NCBI GenBank assembly: GCA_949948735.1
Contig: CATLGV010000015.1
Location: forward strand, 17,025 to 81,024
DNA length: 64,000 bases
DNA from: an uncultured Lachnospiraceae bacterium
Lineage (GTDB): Bacteria; Bacillota; Clostridia; Lachnospirales; Lachnospiraceae
Reading direction: 5' to 3'
Every line of letters begins with the position of its first letter. The stretch's first letter is position 1. This document shows, one piece after another, positions 28,579 through 38,321 of this stretch. The notes below the pieces were generated by a model. That model was given only the letters and a program-made list of their open reading frames with translations, was not told the origin of the DNA and did not search any database. The translations under genes and the position numbers were made by a program.

Positions 28579-29790
28579 ATGAAGAAAAAAGAAGAAAAGG
28601 TTTGGCAGAAAGTAATACTGATTAGTGCTATGGCGCTGCTGTCCGTTCTGATTATCGGGATAGCGGCCTATTTCTATGGGAAATCCTTCCGGGACATATT
28701 TATGCTGCTGCTGATAGCGGCGGCCTCCCTGGGTGCGGTCGTTTTTTCGCTGATACAATCCAATATATTCGGTACGCTGCATTATGACAACGGCGTTCAT
28801 TACAGGCGCTTTGCGCTGTCCTTTCTGGTAAGCGCCGCCGTCTGCTGCCTGCTGCCGATGCTGCCAAACGACGGCTGGGCAGTCCCGCCGCTTGCGCTTG
28901 TGCTGACGCTGTTTTCCAATACGGTTACAGGGCTTTTGTCCTATGCGCTGCTGCTGGGGGTCTGCGTGTACCTTTCGGCGGCGGACATGCTGATATTCCT
29001 GCTGTATTTTCTGATGGGCTGCATTTTTGCGGTGCTGTTTGAGCGGCTGGATGAGGCATACAGGACAGGCGCGCCGATGTCCGTTGCGACCCTGATATAC
29101 GCGGTTGGCATTATAGGGAAGTCCGTTTTCCAGAATCACGGCGCGTTGACGGCGGATTCGTTTATTATGCCGATTATCAATATTTTTATTTCGTTTATTC
29201 TGATGCTTGCAGTGCTGCGGTTTTACTGTGCGTTCGTTGTAGACAGGGAGAAGGAAGGGTATTTGATCATCAATGACCAGGAATACAAAATGCTTGCAAA
29301 GTACAAGCAGGAGGACCGGCAGCTCTACTACAACGCGATACACACCGCTTACTTTGCGGAGAAAACGGCAAGGCTTCTGCATATGGATGTGGATTTGGCC
29401 AAGAACGGCGGATATTACCACCGGATTATTGCAGCCGAATGCAAAAAGCAGGAGAAGACGCTGGAACAGATTTGTGCGAAAAATAAATTTCCACCCAAAG
29501 CGGTACAGCTTTTACAGGAGTATAATTATAAATCCCTGAATATGACGATGAAGGAAACGGTGGCGGTATATCTGGCCGACAGCGTAGTGTCCTCCATTAT
29601 GTATCTGCTTGGCAAGGCAGAGGGGAAAAAGGACGATACGGATTACGCCAGGGTCGCGATTGCAATCGTCCGCAGGAAGCTTGACAGCGGTATCCTCAAC
29701 AACAGTGATATTTCACTCTCGGATATCGAAGGAATGGAGAAAATATACACAGGAGAGAAGCTATATTATGACTTTTTGCGTGGTGAATGA
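28579..29790 (+). CDS. Multi-TM protein with degenerate HD domain (PgpH/YqfF-like position)
   Basis: Several TM helices then YYNAIHTA...GGYYHRII...LADSVVS; lies between phoH and ybeY. Confidence 0.7.
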   Translation: MKKKEEKVWQKVILISAMALLSVLIIGIAAYFYGKSFRDIFMLLLIAAASLGAVVFSLIQSNIFGTLHYDNGVHYRRFALSFLVSAAVCCLLPMLPNDGWAVPPLALVLTLFSNTVTGLLSYALLLGVCVYLSAADMLIFLLYFLMGCIFAVLFERLDEAYRTGAPMSVATLIYAVGIIGKSVFQNHGALTADSFIMPIINIFISFILMLAVLRFYCAFVVDREKEGYLIINDQEYKMLAKYKQEDRQLYYNAIHTAYFAEKTARLLHMDVDLAKNGGYYHRIIAAECKKQEKTLEQICAKNKFPPKAVQLLQEYNYKSLNMTMKETVAVYLADSVVSSIMYLLGKAEGKKDDTDYARVAIAIVRRKLDSGILNNSDISLSDIEGMEKIYTGEKLYYDFLRGE

Positions 29791-30280
29791 GACTAAGCGG
29801 GAGCTTCCCTTTGATGCGCAGGCGGTTGCCGGGCGGGTAATATCCGAGGCACTGGACTATGAGGGCTGCCCGTATGAAGCGGCGGTGGACATAACGCTTA
29901 CGGATAATGAGGGGATACATGCATTGAATAAAGAATTTCGGGATATGGACTGCCCCACGGATGTATTGTCGTTCCCGAATGTAGATTATACCGGGCCGGC
30001 GGATTTTTCGGGAATCGAATGCAGGGCGGAGGATTATTTTGACCCGGAAAGCGGCGAGCTCTGCCTTGGAGACATCGTGATCTCCGTTGAAAAGGTGTTT
30101 GAGCAGGCGCAGGCATACGGCCATTCCCCGCTGCGGGAATACGCGTTTTTAATTGCCCACAGCATGCTGCATTTGCTGGGGTATGACCATATGGAGGACA
30201 AAGAGGCCGGGGAGATGGAGCGCAGGCAGGAGGAAATCCTCTGCAGGCTGGGCATTACCAGAAGCGGCGATTCGGTTTAA
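29768..30280 (+). CDS. ybeY: rRNA maturation RNase YbeY
   Basis: PTDVLSFP, LGDIVIS, HSMLHLLGYDH. Confidence 0.96.
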   Translation: MTFCVVNETKRELPFDAQAVAGRVISEALDYEGCPYEAAVDITLTDNEGIHALNKEFRDMDCPTDVLSFPNVDYTGPADFSGIECRAEDYFDPESGELCLGDIVISVEKVFEQAQAYGHSPLREYAFLIAHSMLHLLGYDHMEDKEAGEMERRQEEILCRLGITRSGDSV

Positions 30281-30311
30281 CGTGTGGCATGGCGCTGAGG
30301 AGAATAACAGA

Positions 30312-31943
30312 ATGAAGAAAAAAAGCAATAATTTTATTGTGCAGGGAGGCATTCTTGCCATGGCCGGTATCCTCTCAAGGCTGATCGGCATTGCAAGACG
30401 CTTTCCGATGGAGCACATCATAGGCGATAAGGGGAACGGATATTATTCCACCGCGTATGAGGTCTATGCAATGATGCTGATAATTTCATGCTATAGCCTG
30501 CCGCTGGCGGTATCGAAGGTGGTATCGCTGAGAGTAAGCAAACGACAGTATAAGAACGCGGAGCGGGCCTTTCGCTGTGCGATGGCTTTTGCGATTGTAA
30601 CCGGCGGGCTGACGTTCTTTATTTGTGAAGCTTTCGGAGACGCGCTGGCAAACATTATGGGAGAGCCAATGAGTGCGCTGGCGCTTAAGGTGCTCGGGCC
30701 TGCATTGCTGATTGTCTCCGTGATGGGAGTATTCCGCGGTTATTTTCAGGGACTTGGGACGATGATGCCGACTGCGGTGTCGCAGATTCTGGAGCAGGTG
30801 TTTGTACTAATCGGGAGTATTGCGGGAGCATACTTCCTGTACCGGCACGGTGAAAAGGTAGGGGCGCTTCTGCACAACGCGGATTATGCGCCGTCCTACG
30901 GAGCGGCAGGCGCTTCCATCGGGCCTGTGGTCGGATCCCTGATCGGCCTGGTATTTTTGGCTTTGGTTTTTGTACTGTACAGGGCGTCTGCAAAGCGCAG
31001 GAGAACGCGGGAGGTTGTACGTAAGACGGACAGCTACGGGCAGCTTTTCAAGGTGATTATCCTTACCATACTGCCGGTGCTGCTCAGCACCACCGTGTAT
31101 AATCTGAGCAATGTGATTGATATCAAGATTTATAACGATGTGATGACCGCAAAGGGGCTTGACAGCGTAAGGGCATATAATCTGGGCGTTTACACCGGAA
31201 AGTACAGGGTGCTTGTGAATGTGCCGATTGCGATTGCAAACGCAATGTGTTCTTCCATTGTTCCGGTATTGACCGGACTGATGGCGCGGGATGAGATTGG
31301 GCAGGTCCGCTCCAAAATCGAACAGGCGATGCGCTTTACGATGTTTGTGGCGATTCCCAGCGCGGTCGGACTGACCGTTTTGGCACGCCCGATTATTACA
31401 ACGCTGTACCGCGGTGAGATCGATATGGCGGTAGAGCTGCTTCATATCGGATCCGTGTCGGTGGTTTTTTATACAATATCAACATTGACGAACGGCGTCC
31501 TGCAGGGCATCAACAAAATGCAGATACCGGTGCGCAACGCGGCAATTGCGCTTGTTATTCATATTGCGGTTCTGTACGGCGCCCTGCAGCTTGACTGGGG
31601 CATCAATGCGCTTGTTTTTGCAAACATTCTGTTTGCGGTAATCGTATGCGCCATGAACGCGTTTGCCATCCGCAAATATCTGGGATACAGGCAGGAATAT
31701 ATGCGGACCTTTGTAACGCCGTTGATAGCGGCAGCGATCATGGGCGCCGTGATCTGGGTAATCAATCTGCTGCTTTCGAAGCTCGTGGGGAGCGTTGTGG
31801 TAGTGATTGTGGGCATTCTGGTCGGAGCAGCAGTTTACGCGGCGGCGCTTATTCTGTTAAAGGGCGTGACAGAGCGGGATTTAAGAAGCATGCCGGGCGG
31901 CGGAATCATTCTTTCGCTCGCAAGGAGATTCAAGCTCATGTAG
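30312..31943 (+). CDS. Polysaccharide biosynthesis / SpoVB-MurJ family flippase
   Basis: FRGYFQG..M.PTAVSQILEQ; many TM helices. Confidence 0.9.
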   Translation: MKKKSNNFIVQGGILAMAGILSRLIGIARRFPMEHIIGDKGNGYYSTAYEVYAMMLIISCYSLPLAVSKVVSLRVSKRQYKNAERAFRCAMAFAIVTGGLTFFICEAFGDALANIMGEPMSALALKVLGPALLIVSVMGVFRGYFQGLGTMMPTAVSQILEQVFVLIGSIAGAYFLYRHGEKVGALLHNADYAPSYGAAGASIGPVVGSLIGLVFLALVFVLYRASAKRRRTREVVRKTDSYGQLFKVIILTILPVLLSTTVYNLSNVIDIKIYNDVMTAKGLDSVRAYNLGVYTGKYRVLVNVPIAIANAMCSSIVPVLTGLMARDEIGQVRSKIEQAMRFTMFVAIPSAVGLTVLARPIITTLYRGEIDMAVELLHIGSVSVVFYTISTLTNGVLQGINKMQIPVRNAAIALVIHIAVLYGALQLDWGINALVFANILFAVIVCAMNAFAIRKYLGYRQEYMRTFVTPLIAAAIMGAVIWVINLLLSKLVGSVVVVIVGILVGAAVYAAALILLKGVTERDLRSMPGGGIILSLARRFKLM

Positions 31944-31966
31944 TTGCCGGATTTCTCTGCGCAAAC

Positions 31967-31995
31967 GCATAAAAATTAAAAATAGGCTGATACTA
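31967..31995 (+). promoter_or_regulatory. Possible forespore sigma-F/G promoter
   Basis: GCATA-N17-GATACTA upstream of a BofC-like gene. Confidence 0.4.
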
Positions 31996-32040
31996 TATCA
32001 AAGACATCCAAACGTTTTGTAGCTTATATGGAGGCTGACG

Positions 32041-32724
32041 ATGAAAAAGGGATATATGATTGGCTTATTTTTTGTATGTTCGGTGATTGTAGTGCTTGTG
32101 GTCACACTCATGTGGAAAAGGCATACGATGGACGGGTTCCCCAAGGAGGATGAAGGCAGAGAACAGGCGGCCGAGCCGATGGCGGAAGAAAACAGCATAC
32201 AGTACAGGGAGCCGGAGAAGGCAGGGCGTTCCATCGTACCGGATACCGGCGACGGGGACGCATCGCAGGTTCAGAACATTCCGGCAGTGACAACCAGGGA
32301 CACCGTGTGCATTTATCAGGATATAGATGAAAAGGACGGGACCGTATCCATTGTGGAGGAAAAGCTTTCCGAAAAGTATATCGGTTTGAACCGTGAAGAG
32401 CTCGAGGCGGCGCTGGAGGAAGATACCCGGATGCGGGCGCTGGAGGAGGACAACGGGTTCAGGTCACAGCATCTTGAGCTGTTTTCACCGGAGAGAATAA
32501 AGGTCTTGCGCATATATGATACCTCAACGCTCAACAAAGGATATTACATCATGGAAGTGGACGGGGAGATACGCATCTATAAGGACGACAAGGAAACGCT
32601 GTACTACAGGACGGATTTAATATTACAGAATTTGCCGGAGAGTGTCCAGCAGGAGATTATTGAGGGGAAATACATTGATTCCGAAGTGAAGGTATATCAT
32701 TTTCTGGAGTCTTACAGCAGTTGA
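32041..32724 (+). CDS. BofC C-terminal-like sporulation protein
   Basis: N-terminal TM helix; C-terminal GYYI..DGEI.IY..LP..Q.EI..G..I...FLESYSS. Confidence 0.6.
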   Translation: MKKGYMIGLFFVCSVIVVLVVTLMWKRHTMDGFPKEDEGREQAAEPMAEENSIQYREPEKAGRSIVPDTGDGDASQVQNIPAVTTRDTVCIYQDIDEKDGTVSIVEEKLSEKYIGLNREELEAALEEDTRMRALEEDNGFRSQHLELFSPERIKVLRIYDTSTLNKGYYIMEVDGEIRIYKDDKETLYYRTDLILQNLPESVQQEIIEGKYIDSEVKVYHFLESYSS

Positions 32725-32745
32725 CGGCAGGACGGGAGGGGACGC

Positions 32746-34038
32746 ATGACAGAGCGAATCGCAATTATAGGCGGCGGCGCAAGCGGTCTTGCGGCGGCAG
32801 TGGCTGCCGCGCAGGCCGGCGCCGCCGTGACGGTTATCGAGCACAGGGACCGGGTAGGAAAGAAGCTTTTGATGACCGGAAACGGCAAGTGCAATCTCAC
32901 GAATATGAATGACGTTCACGGGAAGTATTACAGCAGCAATGCAGACGCATTATCGCAGATATACAGAACGCTTGAACGGTTTAACGCTTCCGATACAAGG
33001 GCGTTTTTTCAGGGACTCGGATTATATACCAGGGAAAAGCGGGACGGCGGCGTGTATCCGATGGGGGAACAGGCATCTACGGTGCTGGATGTGCTTCGGA
33101 GCGCGTGCCTGCACCGGGGCGTTTGCATTCTTACGGACTGCGACGTACATAAAATCCGGCAGACGGAGAGCGGCGGCCGGATCTCCTACAGCCGCCGGAT
33201 TTATGAGCAGCCGGCTTCCCAAAACGGAAAGGGACGCCCAACGCCTGTGCGGGAGGAAAAAGCAGGCCTTACATATGACAAACTGATTCTGGCGGCCGGG
33301 TCACAGGCCGCGCCTGCAACCGGTTCGGACGGCAGCGGATATGCGCTTGCCAGACAGCTCGGACACAGTATCGTGCCCGTACTGCCGGCGCTGGTACAGC
33401 TCCGGTGCGCCGGCGGGTATTTTAAGTCTATTGCGGGTGTTCGTGCCCAGGCGGCGATAACCTTGTATGTAGACGGGACAAAGGCCGGCGCCGAGGTGGG
33501 AGAGCTGCAGCTGACGGATTACGGCATATCGGGGATTCCGGTATTCCAGATCAGCCGGATCGCCGCTGCGGCACGCTATCGTAAGCAGGCATGTACGGTA
33601 CACATCGACTTTCTGGCACAGCTGGAGGGGGAGCCCTCTCTGGATGGGCAGGGACACAAGCGTGTGGAGGAGCTTTTAAGCGGTATGACGCATAAAAAGC
33701 TTGCGGCCCTGATTTGCCGCAGACTTGGCATCGGCGTACAGGAGACGGTTGCCCAGGCCGGTGCGGAGCGGGTTTTAGCCTGTATTGATGCGTTAAGGCA
33801 TTTTGAGGTGGACGTCAGCGAACCCAATTCCTTTGAAAACGCACAGGTGTGCAGCGGCGGCGTGCCGCTCTTAGAGGTCTCGGAGGATTTTGCCTCCCTG
33901 AAATGCCCAGGCGTGTATCTTGTGGGAGAGCTGCTGGACTGTGACGGAATCTGCGGCGGCTATAATCTGCAATGGGCCTGGGCAACGGGCGTTCTTGCCG
34001 GAAGAGCGGCCGCGGGCAGGCCATGGAGGAACCAATGA
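32746..34038 (+). CDS. HI0933/YhiN (BaiN-like) family flavoprotein
   Basis: IGGGASG, GKKLLMTGNGKCN, GSDGSG, GELLDCDGICGGYNLQWAW. Confidence 0.93.
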   Translation: MTERIAIIGGGASGLAAAVAAAQAGAAVTVIEHRDRVGKKLLMTGNGKCNLTNMNDVHGKYYSSNADALSQIYRTLERFNASDTRAFFQGLGLYTREKRDGGVYPMGEQASTVLDVLRSACLHRGVCILTDCDVHKIRQTESGGRISYSRRIYEQPASQNGKGRPTPVREEKAGLTYDKLILAAGSQAAPATGSDGSGYALARQLGHSIVPVLPALVQLRCAGGYFKSIAGVRAQAAITLYVDGTKAGAEVGELQLTDYGISGIPVFQISRIAAAARYRKQACTVHIDFLAQLEGEPSLDGQGHKRVEELLSGMTHKKLAALICRRLGIGVQETVAQAGAERVLACIDALRHFEVDVSEPNSFENAQVCSGGVPLLEVSEDFASLKCPGVYLVGELLDCDGICGGYNLQWAWATGVLAGRAAAGRPWRNQ

Positions 34039-35681
34039 TTACGATAAATCAGTTAAAGACAGAGATTGCCTTTTGCGGCCGACAGCTTAGCCCTGAGGAG
34101 CTGACAGAGAAGCCGGAGGTGCTGACGCGTCTGGCGGCAAAGCAGCTGGGAATCCGCGCGGAAGAAATAAAAGCGCTTACGATATTGAAGCATTCGATTG
34201 ACGCCCGGAAAAAGCCCAGGATTTTCCGGGTATACACGGTGGGCGTGACGCTGTGCGACCGTCAGAGGGAGGCGCGTGTGGCGGACCGCTGTAAAAATAA
34301 CAATATTGTGCTTTACAGCCGGAAGCCGTATGTGTTTCCGGCTGCAGGACAGGGAAGTCTTCGGAATCAGCCGGTAATTGTCGGTACGGGGCCTGCGGGG
34401 CTGTTCTGCGGGTATATGCTTGCGACACACGGTTACAGGCCGCTGCTGCTGGAGCGCGGCTGTGACGTGGAAACGCGCACAAGAGACGTGGAGGCCTTCT
34501 GGCAGGGCGGAAAGCTCAATCCGGAATCAAACGTACAATTTGGCGAAGGAGGTGCGGGCACCTTCTCCGACGGAAAGCTCAATACGCTCGTAAAGGATAA
34601 GGACGGCCGAAACCGGGAGGTGTTGCGCATTTTTGCGGCGTGCGGCGCTCCTGCGGAAATCCTGTACGAGAGTAAGCCGCATATCGGAACGGATATCTTA
34701 AAAACAGTTGTCGCCAATATGCGCAGGACAATCATCGAAAACGGCGGCAGCGTCCGGTTTGGCACCAAAATGACCGGAATAGAGCTTCAGGGGGGACATG
34801 TTCAGGCCGTCATCGTCAACGGCAGTGAACGGATAGCGGCTTCGCAGGTTGTACTGGCCATCGGGCACAGCGCGCGGGATACTTTTGCATATCTGGACGA
34901 AATCGGACTTCCGATGGAGGCAAAAGCGTTTGCGGTCGGGATGCGCGTGGAGCATCCACAGCGTCTGATCAACGAGTGCATGTATGGCAGTGCGCATGGA
35001 AATGAGCTGCCGGCTGCCTCTTATAAGCTTACTGCGCAGACCAGCCAGAATCGCGGCGTGTATTCTTTCTGCATGTGCCCGGGCGGTTATGTTGTGAATG
35101 CGTCCAGCGAGGAGGGGCGTCTTGCGGTAAACGGCATGAGCTATTCAGACCGAACGGGTCAAAATGCAAACAGCGCGATTATCGTACAGGTGACTCCCAA
35201 GGATTATGGGGGAGCGGGTGCGCTCGCAGGCGTTGAGTTTCAGAGAAGGCTGGAAGAAAAGGCATTTTCGCTGGGAAACGGAAAGGTGCCGGTGCAATAT
35301 TACGGCGATTATAAACAGGGAAAAAGCTCTGTGGAATTGACTGACTCAAACAGTCATAAACCCAGCATAAAAGGCGCATACATGTTTTCGAATCTGCGGG
35401 GGCTTTTGCCGGATTCGTGCGAACAGGCTTTTATGGAAGGCATGGAACAGTTTGACAGGATAATAAAGGGATTTGCGAAGGACTGCACACTGTTGGCGGG
35501 CGTTGAGAGCAGAACCTCCTCGCCGGTGAGAATCTGCCGGGACGATACCCTGCAGTGCCCCACGGTACGGGGGCTGTATCCCTGCGGCGAGGGGGCAGGC
35601 TATGCCGGCGGAATCACCTCTGCCGCAATGGACGGTATACTGGTTGCCGAGCGGATTGCAGCGGACTGCTTTCAGGCATGA
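34035..35681 (+). CDS. FAD-dependent oxidoreductase
   Basis: VGTGPAG, GEGGAGTFSDGKL, SFCMCPGG, GEGAGYAGGITSAA; ATGA overlap with upstream gene. Confidence 0.92.
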   Translation: MITINQLKTEIAFCGRQLSPEELTEKPEVLTRLAAKQLGIRAEEIKALTILKHSIDARKKPRIFRVYTVGVTLCDRQREARVADRCKNNNIVLYSRKPYVFPAAGQGSLRNQPVIVGTGPAGLFCGYMLATHGYRPLLLERGCDVETRTRDVEAFWQGGKLNPESNVQFGEGGAGTFSDGKLNTLVKDKDGRNREVLRIFAACGAPAEILYESKPHIGTDILKTVVANMRRTIIENGGSVRFGTKMTGIELQGGHVQAVIVNGSERIAASQVVLAIGHSARDTFAYLDEIGLPMEAKAFAVGMRVEHPQRLINECMYGSAHGNELPAASYKLTAQTSQNRGVYSFCMCPGGYVVNASSEEGRLAVNGMSYSDRTGQNANSAIIVQVTPKDYGGAGALAGVEFQRRLEEKAFSLGNGKVPVQYYGDYKQGKSSVELTDSNSHKPSIKGAYMFSNLRGLLPDSCEQAFMEGMEQFDRIIKGFAKDCTLLAGVESRTSSPVRICRDDTLQCPTVRGLYPCGEGAGYAGGITSAAMDGILVAERIAADCFQA

Positions 35682-36882
35682 CCGGCGGCTGCGAGGAATT
35701 GTTCATCTGCGCCAGCGTATTGCCGCTGCTGTCAGGTGTGAGATAGAAGCAGGAAGAACCGCACCAGCCATCCTCACGCTGCTGCTCGTCAAAGTTTTCC
35801 ACCCATATCGGGAAGCTGCCGGGCGCGGTGGAAAGCGCATCTGACGCCCACAGAACCAATATGCCCTCCGGCACCTCCGGCGCGATATAGGACGAGGGGC
35901 TGCAGGCCAGAAGCGCTTCCATGAACTGCATGGTTTCATGCGGAGTAAAGAAGCTGATTTGTGCACCCGCGGAAAAGCCGCTGCCCATCAGGCGGTTCTC
36001 TGTGGAGAGGCGCTGCATCGTGTCCAGGGTGCCGCCGCTGTATCTGTTTTCCGGATAGGTATCATTGTCGGTATATCCCACGGTATAGACCTTATTATTC
36101 TGAAACGACAGATTTATTTTGTTCTCGTCCTTTATGGATCTTACCGCGAAGAAATAAATGCCGGTATAGTTGTAAAAGGTACAGTCCTTAAAGCCGACAA
36201 AGCATTCGCCGTAATAATCGGGATTGGCGCCGTCGTGCAGGAGTACGTTCCCGCCCTTGGCGTAGGCACGGAACTCGCAGCGTTCAAACAGCAGCGAGCA
36301 GTCCCTGCGCAGGCCGCTGCCCACGCAATAGTTATTTTCCGAAAGGATAAGGCAGTTGCGAAAACGAAGCTGTTTTCCGGCGAGATAGTCCTGATCAATA
36401 TGCACGGTATAGCCCTCGTATTCCGTGGCAATGCTTCTGGCGTAATCATCATAAAAGGAATTGATATAAGCCTCGTCCGCACAGTACGGCCGAAATATCC
36501 AGTTATCGCCAAGCTGTTTATCCGTATAACCGTAGAGCGTAAGGTTTTCCACGCTGCCGGCGCCAATCGTCAGCGGTATGGAATGATAATAGTCATTTGC
36601 GGACTGCAGGATACACGCGTCCCTGTTGACACCGTAGAGGTTTATTGTTTTATCTTTGATGCAGACATTCTCATTATAGACGCCTTCGTAGATCCACAGG
36701 GTGCTTCCGGTCGGTACGCTGTCCACACCCGCCTGTATCGTGTCAAAATCGCCGGTGCCGTCCTGCTTTACGGTATAGATCTTTCCTGAAGCCTTTTCTT
36801 CCGCATGGACCTTTGTGCCGTATACGGCGATTCCCGTCAGGAAGACGGTGAGCAGCAGTAATAGTTTTCGGTTCCCAGACAT
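35614..36882 (-). CDS. Secreted pectinesterase-like right-handed beta-helix protein
   Basis: Signal peptide ending VHA; YTVKQDGTGDFDTIQAGVD and EGVYNENV; repeated F.NC/F.RC/FKDC strands. Confidence 0.75.
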   Translation of the reverse strand: MSGNRKLLLLLTVFLTGIAVYGTKVHAEEKASGKIYTVKQDGTGDFDTIQAGVDSVPTGSTLWIYEGVYNENVCIKDKTINLYGVNRDACILQSANDYYHSIPLTIGAGSVENLTLYGYTDKQLGDNWIFRPYCADEAYINSFYDDYARSIATEYEGYTVHIDQDYLAGKQLRFRNCLILSENNYCVGSGLRRDCSLLFERCEFRAYAKGGNVLLHDGANPDYYGECFVGFKDCTFYNYTGIYFFAVRSIKDENKINLSFQNNKVYTVGYTDNDTYPENRYSGGTLDTMQRLSTENRLMGSGFSAGAQISFFTPHETMQFMEALLACSPSSYIAPEVPEGILVLWASDALSTAPGSFPIWVENFDEQQREDGWCGSSCFYLTPDSSGNTLAQMNNSSQPPVMPESSPLQSARQPVYRPLRQR

Positions 36883-36964
36883 TTCGGTTTCCTCTCATCT
36901 GTAATTGTTTTGCGGGGTTATGGAAATCCCGCAAGCTATTTTACCAGACTTTTCCCTCAATGAA

Positions 36965-37008
36965 AAGACCTTTTTTAAGGAAGGCTTCCGCCTCTTAAAA
37001 AAGGTCTT
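36965..37008. terminator. Strong hairpin terminator after LysM paralog A
   Basis: AAGACCTTTTTTAAG...CTTAAAAAAGGTCTT perfect 15-bp arms. Confidence 0.85.
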
Positions 37009-37041
37009 GTTTTGGTTGTAATAGCTGTCTTTAGCGATATA

Positions 37042-38169
37042 TTACAGTGCAGGTATCACGAGTACCTGATTTGCCCAGATGATATAATCGCTCTTAATGA
37101 CGTCGCTGTTGGCGTCGTATATCTTTTTCCACTGCGTCCGATCTCCGTAAACCTTCTCGGCAATCTTGGAGAGATTGTCGCCGCGCACTACTGTATATGT
37201 ACCGGAAGCGGATACGGCCGGTGCGGGTGCAACAACTTCAGGCTGCGGAGCTGCCGGTGTCTCAGGAACAACGGGAGCCGGCGTCTCGGGTGCTACAGGA
37301 GCGGGTGTCTCGGGAACTACAGGAGCCGGTGCCGGTGCCGCGGTGGAAACATATGCGGAAGCTGCCGCATTGCCGTAGAATACGCTGCTAAAGCGCTCTG
37401 AGACATCGCCCTTTCCCCACCAGTGTCCTGAGTAGCCGTCCGGTGTCATGCCTACTGCTGCCAGGCTGTAACCGGTGTCAACGTCAAACCATACATCGTC
37501 AGCGGAGTCGTTGTAGAATATATAGGTCGTGTAATCCTCGTCGGCCCAAACCTCGCACTCCCATCCGCCTACGGCGGTCATAATGCTGTTTGTATAAGAG
37601 ATCGGCAGGCTGCTTGCATATGCGGCGCCCTCGTCAACCCATGTCGTATTGACCTGATAGGTGCCGTTCAACTGCGTTCCCTGGAAGCTGCCCAAAATAT
37701 CATATCCGCTGCCGGTGTTATACCAGTGGATAGAATAGGCGCCGTTTCCGCTCGGGAAGTCAGCTGCATAGGTCCCGGTAAAGACCTCGCTGTATTCGCT
37801 GCCGACGATGACAGTGGTACCGTTTCCCTGACGCAGATTATTCTCCATCTGGCCGAAATACCACCACCAGCCGCCATTGGGAGAAATATACATCATTGCC
37901 TTGGTATTGCCGTCAATGTCAAGGACATATCTGTCGGCGCCGGTGGCAGCTACCAGACTCACATAATTCTGGGCCGCGCTGTCAAGCATAATCATGGAAG
38001 CGGTATCCCCATTCTGGTAGCAAACATACATCTGCTTCAGAATCTCGTCGAGGCCGGCCGTCTGTGACTCTTCTGCCTGAACGGGCACGACAGCGCCGAC
38101 TGCGGGAATGCCGGACAATGCAACTGCTGCCGAAAGAGCAGCCATACAAAGTACCTTTTTCAGTTTCAT
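37042..38169 (-). CDS. Secreted MORN-like repeat, Pro-rich linker and LysM protein (paralog A)
   Basis: Signal peptide (VQA); YFGQMENNLRQGNG, FTGTYAADFPSGNG; PETPAP repeats; YTVVRGDNLSKIA...IWANQVLVIP. Confidence 0.9.
   Translation of the reverse strand: MKLKKVLCMAALSAAVALSGIPAVGAVVPVQAEESQTAGLDEILKQMYVCYQNGDTASMIMLDSAAQNYVSLVAATGADRYVLDIDGNTKAMMYISPNGGWWWYFGQMENNLRQGNGTTVIVGSEYSEVFTGTYAADFPSGNGAYSIHWYNTGSGYDILGSFQGTQLNGTYQVNTTWVDEGAAYASSLPISYTNSIMTAVGGWECEVWADEDYTTYIFYNDSADDVWFDVDTGYSLAAVGMTPDGYSGHWWGKGDVSERFSSVFYGNAAASAYVSTAAPAPAPVVPETPAPVAPETPAPVVPETPAAPQPEVVAPAPAVSASGTYTVVRGDNLSKIAEKVYGDRTQWKKIYDANSDVIKSDYIIWANQVLVIPAL
37250..37330 (-). repeat. 24-nt tandem repeats encoding V(V/A)PETPA(P/A)
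   Basis: Three imperfect copies in paralog A; shorter variant in paralog B. Confidence 0.75.
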
Positions 38170-38256
38170 TTTAAAAACCTCCGTTTTGTAATAGTTTTGG
38201 TATCTGCCTGCAAAATAAGCTTTGGATTATTTTGGAAGGAGACTTCCCAAGGAGAT

Positions 38257-38285
38257 ATTATAGCATTATTTTCTTTAGAAGGCAA
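38257..38285 (-). promoter_or_regulatory. Sigma-A promoter of LysM paralog A
   Basis: Minus strand TTGCCT-17 bp-TATAAT with extended TGn. Confidence 0.65.
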
Positions 38286-38321
38286 GAATTATAGGAACCC
38301 GTTCTTTGCGCTTTATGGTAT

